From the NCBI GenBank assembly GCA_027063865.1, contig JAMOQT010000124.1, positions 1 through 55,731 on the forward strand: a stretch of DNA of 55,731 bases. The letters are read 5' to 3'. The notes below the pieces were generated by a model that searched no databases, was not told where the DNA came from, and was given only the letters and a program-made list of their open reading frames with translations. This document shows, one piece after another, positions 1 through 10,481 of the stretch. The DNA comes from Nautiliaceae bacterium. Its GTDB lineage: Bacteria; Campylobacterota; Campylobacteria; Campylobacterales; Nautiliaceae. Both the position numbers and the translations under genes were made by a program. The number at the start of each line of letters is the position of its first letter. The first letter of the stretch is position 1.

Positions 1-325
1 ATTTTGAATAGTCTATTTTAATTATTTCGGACTTGTTTTCACTTACGGCACTGAGGCAGTAAGGTCTGTTTTGTATTTGTGATATCAGCCCGAATATATC
101 ACCGCAGCCGAACTGGTTTTTGGGTATAATATTGCCCTTTAAATCCACGTCATACATTAAAACCTGACCGTATACTATACCGTAAAAATATTTGTCGTTT
201 TCTCCCTCATAAAAAATAATTTGCTGTTTATGGTATGTTTTAATAGTTGTGTATTTTGAGATTTCTTTTAACAAATCATCGTCAATATTAAAAAAGAGGG
301 AGAGTTTTTTTAGCTTATGTATCAA
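1..325 (-). CDS. Crp/Fnr-family cyclic-nucleotide-binding protein (partial; 3' end runs off the window)
   Basis: Manual translation from TTG at 325: MIHKLKKLSLFFNIDDDLLKEIS...QIIFYEGENDKYFYGIVYGQV...GDIFGLISQIQNRPYCLSAVSENKSEII, a typical cNMP-binding beta-roll pattern. Confidence 0.75.
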   Translation of the reverse strand, partial: MIHKLKKLSLFFNIDDDLLKEISKYTTIKTYHKQQIIFYEGENDKYFYGIVYGQVLMYDVDLKGNIIPKNQFGCGDIFGLISQIQNRPYCLSAVSENKSEIIKIDYSK

Positions 326-413
326 GTTTTTTAAACTTATAAGTAAAATATGCTATTTCTAATACAAAAATTAAAAATAATATTCCGACAATATCTACTA
401 AAATTTCTCTCAT
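315..413 (-). CDS. Unannotated 32-aa single-TM peptide
   Basis: MREILVDIVGILFLIFVLEIAYFTYKFKKLDT; its ATG overlaps the upstream stop (TAATG), suggesting translational coupling. Confidence 0.55.
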   Translation of the reverse strand: MREILVDIVGILFLIFVLEIAYFTYKFKKLDT

Positions 414-640
414 TACATGTCCTTTAACTCTTTAATGTGTTTTATAATTATATAGACAAATATGCTAAAAAGATATATCAAAATAATCAATACAATAATT
501 GAAATTATAAATAAAGATATTTTAATATTGCTATAATTTTCTATAACAAAACCTATAATAGAAAATATCATAGCAGAAATTAAACCCAAAAAAAATTTAT
601 ATAAACTTATTTTTTCTTTTATTTCATCAATTTTAGCCAT
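413..640 (-). CDS. Small two-TM hypothetical membrane protein
   Basis: 75 aa with two hydrophobic segments; overlaps the hom stop; very AT-rich. Confidence 0.7.
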   Translation of the reverse strand: MAKIDEIKEKISLYKFFLGLISAMIFSIIGFVIENYSNIKISLFIISIIVLIILIYLFSIFVYIIIKHIKELKDM

Positions 641-1889
641 TTTCTATCCTGATAAAGTTTATAGGTTTTATAACAAAATCAAAATTTTCAATTTCACTGA
701 TTGCTTTTTTAACATCTTTTTCCAACGATTTGTGTGTTGAAAATAGCAGTTTTACATACCCGTCTTTTGGTTTTTGAAGGAAACTCTCAACTGAAATGTT
801 GTTTTTAGCGAGGGTGTTGGCTATTTTTTCAAGCACGCCTAGTTTGTCGTTTACGGCAATTCTTAAGTAATATTTAGTTTCAATTTCATCGCTTGTTTTA
901 AGTCTTACTTTTTCACTCTCAAGAGGTTTTTTGTATCCGAGCATTGGATTTACGTTGCCTCTTGCTATTTCTATTATATCGCTTATAACGGCACTTGCCG
1001 TCGCATCTCCCCCGGCTCCGGGTCCGTAATACATCGTCTCACCTACAACGTCGCCTATTACGCTGACAGCATTCATTACACCCTCAACCTTGGCTATCAT
1101 TTGGGATTTCTTAATAAGTGTAGGGTGTACTCTTAGTTCTATTTCACTGCCGATTTTTTTGGCAATTCCAAGAAGTTTTATTTCGTATCCGAATTCTTTT
1201 GCAAACTCTATGTCGGTTAGGTTAATGTTTTCTATTCCCTCTATTAAAATATCTTCGGGTTTTGCGTCTATATTGTATGCTATACTTGCAAGTATCAACA
1301 GTTTATGGGCTGCGTCAAACCCTCCGACGTCAAATGTCGGATCGGCTTCAGCGTATCCAAGGCTTTGAGCTTCTTTTAATACTTCCTCGTAATCCCTTCC
1401 GTTTTTCATTTCTGTCAAGATATAGTTGCATGTCCCGTTTATTATACCCTTGATTTCCTGAATGTGATTTGCACTAAGACCGTCTCTTAAGGCTTTAATA
1501 ATAGGAATTCCTCCGGCGACGCTTGCTTCGTATTCAAACGGTGTGTTTGCTAGTTGTTGAAGTTCAAACCTGTGGTATGCCAAAAGCGCTTTGTTTGCCG
1601 TAACTACGGCTTTATTGTGTTTAAGTGCGTCACTGACAACCTCATATGCGCTTTCAACGCCCCCCATAAGCTCAACGACTATGTCAATTTCAGGATCTCT
1701 TGTGACTTCCTTGTAATCGGTTGTAAGATTGATATTAACGTTTCTTTTTTTGTTTAGGTTTCTTACAACACCCGTTTTTACCACAATCTCTTTTCCGGCT
1801 CTGGCTTTTATTAAATCCCTGTTTTTTTCAAGGTTTTTAACTACACTCAGTCCAACCGTTCCGACTCCGACTATTCCTATTTTAACCAT
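633..1889 (-). CDS. hom: Homoserine dehydrogenase
   Basis: GVGTVG Rossmann motif, [31 protein letters not shown]-terminal ACT domain. Confidence 0.97.
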   Translation of the reverse strand: MVKIGIVGVGTVGLSVVKNLEKNRDLIKARAGKEIVVKTGVVRNLNKKRNVNINLTTDYKEVTRDPEIDIVVELMGGVESAYEVVSDALKHNKAVVTANKALLAYHRFELQQLANTPFEYEASVAGGIPIIKALRDGLSANHIQEIKGIINGTCNYILTEMKNGRDYEEVLKEAQSLGYAEADPTFDVGGFDAAHKLLILASIAYNIDAKPEDILIEGIENINLTDIEFAKEFGYEIKLLGIAKKIGSEIELRVHPTLIKKSQMIAKVEGVMNAVSVIGDVVGETMYYGPGAGGDATASAVISDIIEIARGNVNPMLGYKKPLESEKVRLKTSDEIETKYYLRIAVNDKLGVLEKIANTLAKNNISVESFLQKPKDGYVKLLFSTHKSLEKDVKKAISEIENFDFVIKPINFIRIENG

Positions 1890-3093
1890 TACTTTCCTTT
1901 AATTCTTTTAAAAATCCCTTTATGTTTTTTGCAGCCTGACGGATTCGTTTTTCGTTTTCTATAAGTGCGATTCTGACATACTCATCGCCGTAAGCACCAA
2001 ATCCGATTCCCGGACTAACCGCAATGTGTGCTTCGGTTAGCAGTCTTTTTGAAAATTCAAGGCTTCCAAGCTTTCTTGCGCATTCAGGAATTCTTGCCCA
2101 TACAAACATTGAAGCGGTAGGTTTTTCAATCTCCCAACCCGCGTTTGCAAAGCTTTCAATCAAAACGTTGCGTCTTTGTTTATATGTTTCTACTATGTCT
2201 TTAACCAGATGCTGATAATCCCTAAGTGCAACGGTTGCCGCTACTTGAATCGGTGTAAACATTCCGTAATCTATCCATGATTTGTATTTTTGGAGCGCAC
2301 CTATCAATACCGGGTTACCTACCATAAATCCTACTCTCCATCCTGCCATGTTGTAGCTTTTAGAAAGCGTAAAGCTCTCAACCGCAACTTCTTTGGCTCC
2401 TTTTGCTTCGAAAATGCTAGGGGTTTTGTATCCGTCAAACGTTATATCGGCATATGCAATATCGCTTATGATGTAAAGCCCTTCTTCTTTTGCAAAATCA
2501 ACGGCTCGTTGATAAAAATCTTTTGTAACGGTTACGGTTGTGGGGTTGTGCGGAAAGTTTAAAACTAAAAATTTAGGTTTTGGCACTGCTTCTATCATTG
2601 CTTGTTTTAGCTGTTCGAAAAACTCGTCTTCTAAAAGTTCGTATTTTTCATTGTATTTAAGCTCAACTTTTCTTACACTTGCACCCGCTAACATAAAGGC
2701 GTATGAATGTATAGGATATGTAGGATCAGGTACAATAGCAACATCTCCCACATTAGTAATGGCTTGAGTTAAATGAACGTATCCTTCTTTGCTTCCCATA
2801 GTGACAACTGCTTCGGTTTCGGGATTAAGGGAAACGTTATATCTTCTTGCATACCAGTTACAGATAGCTTCTCTTAATTTATAAATTCCTTTACTTACTG
2901 AATATCTGTGATTTTTAGGTTTGGATGCGGCTTCAATCAGTTTGTCGACTATGGGTTTGGGGGTGGGGCCGTCGGGATTTCCCATAGAAAAGTCAATAAT
3001 ATCTTCCCCCGCGCGTCTTGCCTGAAGTTTGAGTTCGTTAATTACTGCAAAAATATAATTTGGAAGTCTTTCTATTCTTTCAAAATGATTCAT
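1882..3093 (-). CDS. Class I PLP aminotransferase (AlaC / LL-DAP aminotransferase-like)
   Basis: [37 protein letters not shown] (PLP lysine). Confidence 0.9.
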   Translation of the reverse strand: MNHFERIERLPNYIFAVINELKLQARRAGEDIIDFSMGNPDGPTPKPIVDKLIEAASKPKNHRYSVSKGIYKLREAICNWYARRYNVSLNPETEAVVTMGSKEGYVHLTQAITNVGDVAIVPDPTYPIHSYAFMLAGASVRKVELKYNEKYELLEDEFFEQLKQAMIEAVPKPKFLVLNFPHNPTTVTVTKDFYQRAVDFAKEEGLYIISDIAYADITFDGYKTPSIFEAKGAKEVAVESFTLSKSYNMAGWRVGFMVGNPVLIGALQKYKSWIDYGMFTPIQVAATVALRDYQHLVKDIVETYKQRRNVLIESFANAGWEIEKPTASMFVWARIPECARKLGSLEFSKRLLTEAHIAVSPGIGFGAYGDEYVRIALIENEKRIRQAAKNIKGFLKELKESNG

Positions 3094-3860
3094 TTTATTC
3101 CTTTTATAATTATTCCTCTTTTAAAATTCGTTTTTGAATAATTGTCCGATATTTTGATATATGCGCATTCTTGCGGAATGTCTAAATAAATGGTTTTTTG
3201 GGAATTCTCTTTTGCAATTATATTTAAAATATTTAAATTTTTATCAAAAAATACAATATAAGGATACCACTTGTCCAATTTTGAGGTGGTTATCAACATT
3301 TTTTTAAAGCCGTTTGAGTTTAGCCAGTAAATCCCTTTTGCATTTATCAGTTTTGTTTTTTTATTTATTACTTTTAATGCGTTAAGTTTTGCATTTTCAC
3401 AGTTTAAAACGAAAATAAAATTTTTCTGCTTTTGTATCGAATTTACCTGACACCCTTTTTGGTTTATGCTTTTTATAAAAAGCACAGGGTCTATATGGTG
3501 AGTGGATTTCATCTCAAGGGTAATTTTATAATTGTCGCTTTTTTCTATATTTACAGGATAAAAATAAAAATATCCCATATAGTTTAACACGTTATAAAGT
3601 ATTTTTGTGTTAAATACAGGATGATTGTCCTTAAACACAAAAGTAGGGTGGATTAATCTGGGTGAATCGAAAAAAATATCAAGCAGACCGTTGTTTTGAA
3701 GATATTGCAGGGTTTTTAAAAGGGATGGTTCGTTCATAACAGGCTCTAAAAGTTCTTTATATGTGATGAATTTTTCAGTGCCTATAATGCTTTTAATCAT
3801 TTTGGAATTATCTGCAAAAAGTATAAGTGAGAGTGTAAGTAAAAAAATTATTTTTTTCAT
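3090..3860 (-). CDS. Conserved hypothetical periplasmic protein
   Basis: Signal-peptide-like N-terminus; overlaps both neighbours in the operon. Confidence 0.75.
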   Translation of the reverse strand: MKKIIFLLTLSLILFADNSKMIKSIIGTEKFITYKELLEPVMNEPSLLKTLQYLQNNGLLDIFFDSPRLIHPTFVFKDNHPVFNTKILYNVLNYMGYFYFYPVNIEKSDNYKITLEMKSTHHIDPVLFIKSINQKGCQVNSIQKQKNFIFVLNCENAKLNALKVINKKTKLINAKGIYWLNSNGFKKMLITTSKLDKWYPYIVFFDKNLNILNIIAKENSQKTIYLDIPQECAYIKISDNYSKTNFKRGIIIKGIK

Positions 3861-4633
3861 TTTTCATACCTGTTTGGTTTTTTTAAATATTCTACTTTGC
3901 CGTTTTGAAACAGTATTCTTACTATTTTTTTGGTATCGGGGGTTATGGTCTGATTTCCGTAATTGATTGTAATGTTGCCGTGTCCGAATTTTATATACCA
4001 GTTGGTACCGTTTAATATTTTGGTATTGCTTGTTAAATATTCAACGGTTTTATTATTTTCTAGGTTTAATGCCCTAAACCATACTTTTTGATTGGGAATT
4101 ATTTCAATATTTTGAGGTATGTTTTTTTTAATATTTTCTGTTTGGATGTTTTGCAGATTTGTTTTATTTGTTTCAGTAAAATTGTTTTCGGGTGTTGTGT
4201 TGATGTCTTCTCTGTATTGTACTGATTGATTAGTGTCATTGCCCTCTAAAATGGCGGTTTTATTTAATTCGATTATACTTGGCGATTTTGCGGAATTATA
4301 TTTATTAAATAAAAGATATGCACCAAGTAAAAAAAGAATCACCGCAAGAATAAACAGAAAAAACGTATTATGCTTTTTGGTTTTTTCAGGGGTTGTTTTT
4401 TCAGTGGCTGTATGAGTGATTGTGCTGTTGGTGGTTTTGTTGTATTCTTCAACAAGTTCGCTTAAATCGATTTTAAACTCTTTTTCTATTATTTTAATAA
4501 ATCCAAGAAATTTAACTCTTTGAATTTTTTCAAATTCTTTATTCTTGATATACCTGAGTGAAATAGGGGAAATTCTTGTACGTTTGTTTATTTCTTCTAT
4601 TGAAAATTTTTCAAAAAACTCATGTGCATTCAT
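3857..4633 (-). CDS. RodZ-like HTH / single-TM membrane protein
   Basis: N-terminal HTH (SIEEINKRTRISPISLRYIKNKEF), one TM, C-terminal periplasmic domain; start moved to ATG 4633 with AGGA SD. Confidence 0.7.
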   Translation of the reverse strand: MNAHEFFEKFSIEEINKRTRISPISLRYIKNKEFEKIQRVKFLGFIKIIEKEFKIDLSELVEEYNKTTNSTITHTATEKTTPEKTKKHNTFFLFILAVILFLLGAYLLFNKYNSAKSPSIIELNKTAILEGNDTNQSVQYREDINTTPENNFTETNKTNLQNIQTENIKKNIPQNIEIIPNQKVWFRALNLENNKTVEYLTSNTKILNGTNWYIKFGHGNITINYGNQTITPDTKKIVRILFQNGKVEYLKKPNRYEK

Positions 4634-5285
4634 TGGCAATCCTGTCAATTAAGATTCCTGCGGCAACCGATACGTTTAATGAGTCAAAATCGTTTTTCAT
4701 TTCTATACTTAAAATTTTATCCAGTTTTTCTTTGACTTTTTTCTTCAAACCCTCGCCTTCGCTTCCCATAATTAAAGCTGTTTTTTTTGCTTCTATTTTA
4801 CATTCTCCTCCCATGTCCGCACCGACTAGCGTATATCCTTTTGTTTTTAAAATATTTATTAAATCAAGTATGTTTTGGAAAGTGATTATTTTCATATCTA
4901 TCGCCGCACCGGCACTTGTTCTTATAACCTGCGGCCATTTTAGCTCTTTTATACCTGTGATTATCAGCAGATCAATTCCGAGTGCGTAAGCGGTTCTTGT
5001 AATGGCTCCGATATTTCCCATATCCGTTACATTGTCAAGTATAAGAATTTTGTTTCCAACAATGTCCCATTCTTTCGGAATAAAGTCGATTTTTGCAAAA
5101 TAACCCTGATGATTGCCGTTTCTGCTGATTTTTTGCGCCGTTTTATTGTCTATAAAGTTTATTTTAAACTGTTTTAATCTATTTAGCTCTTTTTTATCAA
5201 GTTTTTTTGCAATTAAAAGTTCTTTAACAATGTCCGGATGTCTATTTATTATATATTCTACTACTCTTTTTCCATAAACTATCAT
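4620..5285 (-). CDS. rlmB: TrmH/SpoU family 23S rRNA 2'-O-methyltransferase
   Basis: NHQGY, LDNVTDMGNIGAITRT, MGSEGEG, DSLNVSVAAG motifs. Confidence 0.85.
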   Translation of the reverse strand: MIVYGKRVVEYIINRHPDIVKELLIAKKLDKKELNRLKQFKINFIDNKTAQKISRNGNHQGYFAKIDFIPKEWDIVGNKILILDNVTDMGNIGAITRTAYALGIDLLIITGIKELKWPQVIRTSAGAAIDMKIITFQNILDLINILKTKGYTLVGADMGGECKIEAKKTALIMGSEGEGLKKKVKEKLDKILSIEMKNDFDSLNVSVAAGILIDRIANECT

Positions 5286-5320
5286 ATACGTATTTTACCA
5301 TAAAAAAAGGGTCGAAAAAA

Positions 5321-5435
5321 GGTGAAAGAGGGTGAAAGAAGGTGAAAAGATGTAAACTTTAAAATTGGTTGATTATGAATTATGAGTGATTAGTGAGGAG
5401 TGATGAGTTGTGAGTGATGAGTGATGAATTATGAA
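5321..5435 (+). repeat. Degenerate tandem arrays: 3x 10-mer GGTGAAAGAG-like, then 9x 7-mer TTATGAA/TGATGAG
   Basis: Read directly; heptamers are in exact register over 5373-5435. Confidence 0.9.
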
Positions 5436-5437
5436 TG

Positions 5438-5490
5438 GAAAATGAGCGTCGCGAACTTGGCTACTTGAAAAGCGGCGGGGAGGGGTAAAG
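5438..5490 (+). repeat. REP-like GC-rich hairpin element, degenerate copy 1
   Basis: GAAAATGAGCGTCGCGAACTTGGCTACTTGAAAAGCGGCGGGGAGGG resembles the copies at 13679 and 48537. Confidence 0.85.
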
Positions 5491-5542
5491 GAAGCAATAA
5501 AATGAAAACCATAAAAAATTTAAACTTAATAATATTTAATTT

Positions 5543-6691
5543 TTATTTAAAACCCAAAAAATCTTTAATTTCTTCAACTTTGTTTAATTGTTCCCATGAA
5601 AATTCTTCTCTTCCGAAATGTCCGTAAGCTGCGGTGTTTTTATATATCGGTCTTAGCAAATCAAGTGAATCGATGATACCTTTTGGAGTTAAGTTAAATA
5701 CTTTTCTTACAGCATCTTCGATTTTTCTTTCGTCAACTTTGGCTGTTCCGTGAGAGTTTACGTAAATGCTTACAGGCTCAACAACACCTATTGCATATGC
5801 TATTTGAACAGTTATTTTTTCCGCAGCCCCTGCCGCTACTAGGTTTTTGGCAACCCATCTTGCCGCGTATGCGCCGCTTCTGTCAACTTTGGTAGGATCT
5901 TTTCCGCTAAATGCACCGCCGCCGTGAGGAGCAGCTCCGCCGTAAGTATCGACTATGATTTTTCTGCCTGTAAGACCGGCATCTCCCTGAGGTCCTCCGA
6001 TTACAAATTTACCAGTAGGATTAATGAAATACTCAACATTTTTACTTAACATATTAGCAGGAATTACTTTTTTAATAACTTCTTCAATTACAGCTTCTTT
6101 AATTTCAGAATAGTTAATATCCGGTTCGTGCTGGGTTGAAACCACAACTTTTTCAACGCTTACAGGTTTGCCGTCTACATATTTTACACTGACCTGCGCT
6201 TTTCCGTCTGGTCTTAACCATGGAATAATGGCTTCTTTTCTTGCAACCGAGAGTCTTTTAGTGAGTTTATGCGCAAGCATAATAGGAAGCGGCATAAGTT
6301 CTGGTGTTTCAGTGCAAGCATAACCGAACATCATACCCTGATCGCCCGCACCTATTTCTTCTCCTCTTTCAACTCCCTGTCTGATATCCGGGCTTTGCTC
6401 GCCCACACCGTTTAAAACCCCTGCGGTTCTGTAATCAAATCCGTATCTTGCGTCCGTATAACCTATTTCTCTTATAACTTCCCTTGCAATTTCCTGCATA
6501 GGTGCATAAGTGTTTGTTTTAAGCTCACCCGCTATTACACAAAAACCGTTGCTAAGAAGCGTTTCACAAGCCACTTTTGCGTTTTTGTCCCTCTCAATAA
6601 TATAATCAAGTATGGCATCACTGATTTGGTCTGCCATTTTATCGGGATGTCCCTCTGTAACCGATTCACTTGAAAAAAGATATTCTCTCAT
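5543..6691 (-). CDS. metK: S-adenosylmethionine synthetase
   Basis: [26 protein letters not shown]; start moved to MREYLF (ATG 6691, AAGGAG SD). Confidence 0.98.
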   Translation of the reverse strand: MREYLFSSESVTEGHPDKMADQISDAILDYIIERDKNAKVACETLLSNGFCVIAGELKTNTYAPMQEIAREVIREIGYTDARYGFDYRTAGVLNGVGEQSPDIRQGVERGEEIGAGDQGMMFGYACTETPELMPLPIMLAHKLTKRLSVARKEAIIPWLRPDGKAQVSVKYVDGKPVSVEKVVVSTQHEPDINYSEIKEAVIEEVIKKVIPANMLSKNVEYFINPTGKFVIGGPQGDAGLTGRKIIVDTYGGAAPHGGGAFSGKDPTKVDRSGAYAARWVAKNLVAAGAAEKITVQIAYAIGVVEPVSIYVNSHGTAKVDERKIEDAVRKVFNLTPKGIIDSLDLLRPIYKNTAAYGHFGREEFSWEQLNKVEEIKDFLGFK

Positions 6692-6719
6692 AAATTCTCC
6701 TTGAGGATTTTTAATTAGA

Positions 6720-6730
6720 AGTATAGCATA
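6720..6730 (-). promoter_or_regulatory. Extended -10 box (TATGCTATACT) upstream of metK
   Basis: TGnTATACT ~30 nt upstream of the ATG. Confidence 0.55.
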
Positions 6731-6734
6731 AATT

Positions 6735-6782
6735 AAGTTGTGAAGTAGATAAGTTGTGAAGTGGATAAGTTGTGAAGCTGAA
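6735..6782 (+). repeat. 8-mer array AAGTTGTG alternating with AAGTAGAT/AAGTGGAT (6 units)
   Basis: Read directly. Confidence 0.9.
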
Positions 6783-6786
6783 TAAA

Positions 6787-7050
6787 TTATTTTACATTTT
6801 TCATTTTTGTGAGGCATTCATGAGAAGCTTTTTTTATAAAATTCAAAACTTCCGATGTAGCTGAATTGAATGTAAAATACTGATATGTAAAACGCTCCGT
6901 AATTTTATTATATACGCATTCACAGTATTCGTATTTGTGATTTTGAAGATTTGAATTTTGCATACAGTTGTGAATGAATTTGAATTTGAAGTTTATCGGA
7001 TAATAAAAAGAAAAAGCAAAAAGAGGAATTAAAATTAAAAGCTTTTTCAT
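6787..7050 (-). CDS. Small secreted Cys-containing hypothetical protein
   Basis: Signal peptide; C...YCEC...C pattern; coupled to the metE stop. Confidence 0.65.
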   Translation of the reverse strand: MKKLLILIPLFAFSFYYPINFKFKFIHNCMQNSNLQNHKYEYCECVYNKITERFTYQYFTFNSATSEVLNFIKKASHECLTKMKNVK

Positions 7051-9305
7051 TATTTAAGCTTAGCTCTTACCTCTTTTGCGGCTTTTACCATGTTTTCAAG
7101 GCTAGGTTTAACTTCTTCCCATTTTCTTGTTTTAAGTCCGCAGTCAGGATTAACCCATACTTTTTCAGCCGGTAATACTTCAAGTATTGCTTCGATTTGT
7201 TCTACCATCTCTTCTGTTGATGGGATTCTAGGACTGTGGATATCATAAACACCAGGACCTATTTCACCTTTGTAGCCTCTTTCTTTAAAGATTTTAAGTA
7301 AGCTGTTGTCGCTTCTTGCATTTTCTATTGAAATAACATCAGCATCCATATCTTCAATAGCATCCATAATGTCGCTGAATTCAGAGTAACACATATGAGT
7401 GTGAATTTGAGTTTCAGGTTTTACGCTGCTTGTTGTAATTCTAAAGCTGGTAATAGCCCAGTCTTCATATTCTGCTCTTTTTTCCGCTCTTAAAGGATAT
7501 CCTTCTCTTAATGCCGCTTCGTCAACTTGGATAACTTTAATTCCCGCAGCTTCTAGCGCTTCAACTTCGTCTCTTATTGCTATTGCCATTTGATATGCGG
7601 TTGATCTTTTATCCTGGTCGTCTCTTACAAATGACCAGTTAAGCATTGTAACAGGACCTGTTAGCATTCCTTTCATAGGTCTGTTTGTGAGGCTTTGAGC
7701 GTATGTTATCCATTCTACAGTCATATCTTTTGGTCTGCTTACATCTCCGAAAATTAGAGGAGGTTTTACACATCTGCTACCATAACTTTGTACCCATCCG
7801 TTTTGAGAGAATGCGACACCTTTTAGTTGTTCACCGAAGTATTCAACCATATCGTTTCTTTCAAATTCACCGTGAACTAATACGTCAATATCGATTGCTT
7901 CTTGATATTCTACAAGTTCTTTAATCATAGCTTTGATTTGAGTTTTGTATTCTTCCTCGCTGATTACACCGTTTTTGTAATCTCTTCTTAATTTTCTAAG
8001 TTCCGGTGTTTGAGGGAAACTTCCTATTGTTGTTGTAGGTAATATTGGGTATTTTAGGTTTTCGTGTTGAAGTTTGATTCTCTCTTCAAAAGGCATACTT
8101 CTGTGTTTGTCTTTATCTGTTAAGTTAGAAACTCTGTCTTTAACTACAGGGTCGTGAATTTTGTCGCTTGTTTTTCTTGTTGCGATTGCGATTTTGTTTC
8201 CTTCTAAAACTTCTTTTTCATATTCGCTAAGCTCTTCGCCTCTGAATAGTTTATCAATTACCCTTATTTCGTCAAGTTTTTCAAGAGCGTATGAAATCCA
8301 TGATTTGATGTCTTCATCCATTTTTGTTTCGTATTTAAGAGTGTATGGGACGTGAAGTAAACTGCAGCTGCTTCCTACCATAATTTTGTCGGCATCATAA
8401 GTTTCTGCAATGCCTTTTAAAAATTCCACAGATTTTTCAATGTCGTTAACCCATACGTTTCTACCGTTTACAATACCGATACCTACGATTTTACCGGCAT
8501 CAGCAAGTGCTTTGATGCTGTTTTCGTTTCCGTGTACAAAGTCTAAAAACATACCTTTAATAGGGGTAGTAGCAAGTACTTCGTTTGCTTCATTTGAATG
8601 CTCAAAATATGTCGCTACGAAAATATCGGCAAGGTTTCCTAATTTGTCATAAACTTTTTTAAGTATCTGAAGGTCTTTTTCAGTAGGATTTGTTACGAAA
8701 TACGGTTCGTCAAACTGAATAGTATTTACTCCGAGTGCTTTTATTTGAGCAATCAAGTCTTCATATACGGGAATTAGTTTTTCAATAATTTCATCTTCGC
8801 TTCCGTTTACTATTTTAGAAAGTTTTACAAATGTAATAGGACCTACGAAATTAACTTTAACATTAATTCCCAGCTCTTTTGCCTCTGCAACTTCGATTTT
8901 GATTTTATCGATGCTTGCTTTGAAATCCATATTAACATCAAGCTCAGGAACGATATAGTGATAGTTTGTATTAAACCATTTTGTCATTTCCATGGCTTTG
9001 TGGTTTGCATCACCCCTTGCAATTGCAAAATATCTGTCCATACAGTTGTCGATATCTTTGTATCTTTCAGGAATTGCGTTAAGCATTGTCATAGCATCGA
9101 TCATATTGTCATAAAAACTGAAGTCATTAACGCTTATTAAATCGATACCGGCGTTTTTCTGATATGTCCAGTGTCTTATTCTAAGCTCTTTTGCAGTTTT
9201 TTGCAGTTCTTGTTGAGATGATTTTCCAGCCCAGTAAGCTTCAAGTGCCTTTTTTAATTCTCTTTGTTCACCGATTCTTGGGAACCCGATAACGTAAGTA
9301 GCCAT
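7050..9305 (-). CDS. metE: Cobalamin-independent methionine synthase
   Basis: GFPRIG, KWFNTNYHY, HTHMCYSEF, WVNPDCGLKTR. Confidence 0.98.
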   Translation of the reverse strand: MATYVIGFPRIGEQRELKKALEAYWAGKSSQQELQKTAKELRIRHWTYQKNAGIDLISVNDFSFYDNMIDAMTMLNAIPERYKDIDNCMDRYFAIARGDANHKAMEMTKWFNTNYHYIVPELDVNMDFKASIDKIKIEVAEAKELGINVKVNFVGPITFVKLSKIVNGSEDEIIEKLIPVYEDLIAQIKALGVNTIQFDEPYFVTNPTEKDLQILKKVYDKLGNLADIFVATYFEHSNEANEVLATTPIKGMFLDFVHGNENSIKALADAGKIVGIGIVNGRNVWVNDIEKSVEFLKGIAETYDADKIMVGSSCSLLHVPYTLKYETKMDEDIKSWISYALEKLDEIRVIDKLFRGEELSEYEKEVLEGNKIAIATRKTSDKIHDPVVKDRVSNLTDKDKHRSMPFEERIKLQHENLKYPILPTTTIGSFPQTPELRKLRRDYKNGVISEEEYKTQIKAMIKELVEYQEAIDIDVLVHGEFERNDMVEYFGEQLKGVAFSQNGWVQSYGSRCVKPPLIFGDVSRPKDMTVEWITYAQSLTNRPMKGMLTGPVTMLNWSFVRDDQDKRSTAYQMAIAIRDEVEALEAAGIKVIQVDEAALREGYPLRAEKRAEYEDWAITSFRITTSSVKPETQIHTHMCYSEFSDIMDAIEDMDADVISIENARSDNSLLKIFKERGYKGEIGPGVYDIHSPRIPSTEEMVEQIEAILEVLPAEKVWVNPDCGLKTRKWEEVKPSLENMVKAAKEVRAKLK

Positions 9306-9326
9306 TAGTGTCCTTTTTTAAGCGCA

Positions 9327-9337
9327 ATTATAGCATA
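9327..9337 (-). promoter_or_regulatory. Extended -10 box (TATGCTATAAT) upstream of metE
   Basis: TGnTATAAT ~20 nt upstream of the ATG. Confidence 0.6.
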
Positions 9338-9340
9338 AAA

Positions 9341-9400
9341 AAGTTGTGAAGTTGTGAAGTTGTGAAGTAGTTCAGTTGTGAGGTTGTGAAGTTGTTAAGT
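9341..9400 (+). repeat. 8-mer array AAGTTGTG (7 degenerate units)
   Basis: Read directly; an inverted remnant TTCACAATTT lies at 9411-9420. Confidence 0.9.
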
Positions 9401-9422
9401 AATAACTATTTTCACAATTTAG

Positions 9423-10481
9423 TTATTCAACTTCTTTAAACGCTCCGTCAATAATTCTGTAAAGTTTTGTTTTGTAATCGATTTGGTTTTCAAAAATGTA
9501 AATATTAAAATCGCTCATATAAAATTCGTCTTCTTTATTTTGCCTGTTGTATATTTTATTTGTAAGAATACATACGGAAAAGTTCAGCCAGTTATATTTT
9601 ATATCGGAATTTAAAATGTTTGCGTATTCGTTTATTATGTTTGGAGGATTGATAATTGAGTTGGCAATTATAAGTTTTTTAATATCTGCAGGCTGAGTTA
9701 GCGTTATTAATAACGGGTCATATCCGATTTGAGGTGTAAGTATGAGCTTGGTTTGTATCTGTTTTTGTGTAATCATTGATAAAACCTGTGCGGTTTTTCC
9801 GGCTGTGGTATTAAAAATTATAAACGCATTGTTTAAGCTTTTGTAATAAATATTAGGAAATTTGAATACGCTTTTTAGGTTTTTTATATTTGATTCATAA
9901 CTGAGCAGTTTTTTTGATATTTGTGTGTTGTCTGCTATTACATAAGTTTTGTCGTTTATAAATTCGGCTAAAGAGTCAATTTGCTTTTTAAAATCAATTG
10001 ATCCGAAATAGATGTTTTTAGAAGTTATGTTTGTTTCGTTTTTGTGTATCAGCGGAAGATAAAAGGTTTTGTTAATCTTTTTTAATTTTTTTAGTTCGTT
10101 GATGTCGGTAGTGAAATATATAATGTCAGGGTTTTTAATCTTTTCAAAATCAATATCACTGTTATATACGGTTATATTATAATCAACACCTTTTTGGGCA
10201 AGATATGCATTTATTGAATTTATAAGGGACGGAAGATATTTAAAAAATTTTTGTTTATCGATTACTATCGCAAAATTTACTTTAGAATTAAAAGAAACAT
10301 ACGATTCGTTTAAATCGGTTTCAATAATTTCAGGAGTGTATGTGATTTTAGTATTATCTAATGAATTGTTTGTATCGTAAACGGTTAAATTTTGGGATGT
10401 ATTGTTTTGTAACGGAAGTTCAACATTTGGCATCTGTGCGTTTAACAGAAGTGCAAAAATCAAAATTACTATTTTTTTCAT
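9423..10481 (-). CDS. Hypothetical periplasmic protein
   Basis: 352-aa ORF with signal peptide, in operon with the UDG gene. Confidence 0.7.
   Translation of the reverse strand: MKKIVILIFALLLNAQMPNVELPLQNNTSQNLTVYDTNNSLDNTKITYTPEIIETDLNESYVSFNSKVNFAIVIDKQKFFKYLPSLINSINAYLAQKGVDYNITVYNSDIDFEKIKNPDIIYFTTDINELKKLKKINKTFYLPLIHKNETNITSKNIYFGSIDFKKQIDSLAEFINDKTYVIADNTQISKKLLSYESNIKNLKSVFKFPNIYYKSLNNAFIIFNTTAGKTAQVLSMITQKQIQTKLILTPQIGYDPLLITLTQPADIKKLIIANSIINPPNIINEYANILNSDIKYNWLNFSVCILTNKIYNRQNKEDEFYMSDFNIYIFENQIDYKTKLYRIIDGAFKEVE

Noticed and set aside
6692-6817. 42-aa N-terminal extension of MetK in the ORF track
   Set aside because: It runs through the promoter and repeat array; the true start has an AAGGAG SD at ATG 6691.
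6735-9400. MetJ Met-box arrays upstream of metK/metE (8-bp period)
   Set aside because: The unit is AAGTTGTG, not the palindromic AGACGTCT, and the same array occurs at non-methionine loci.
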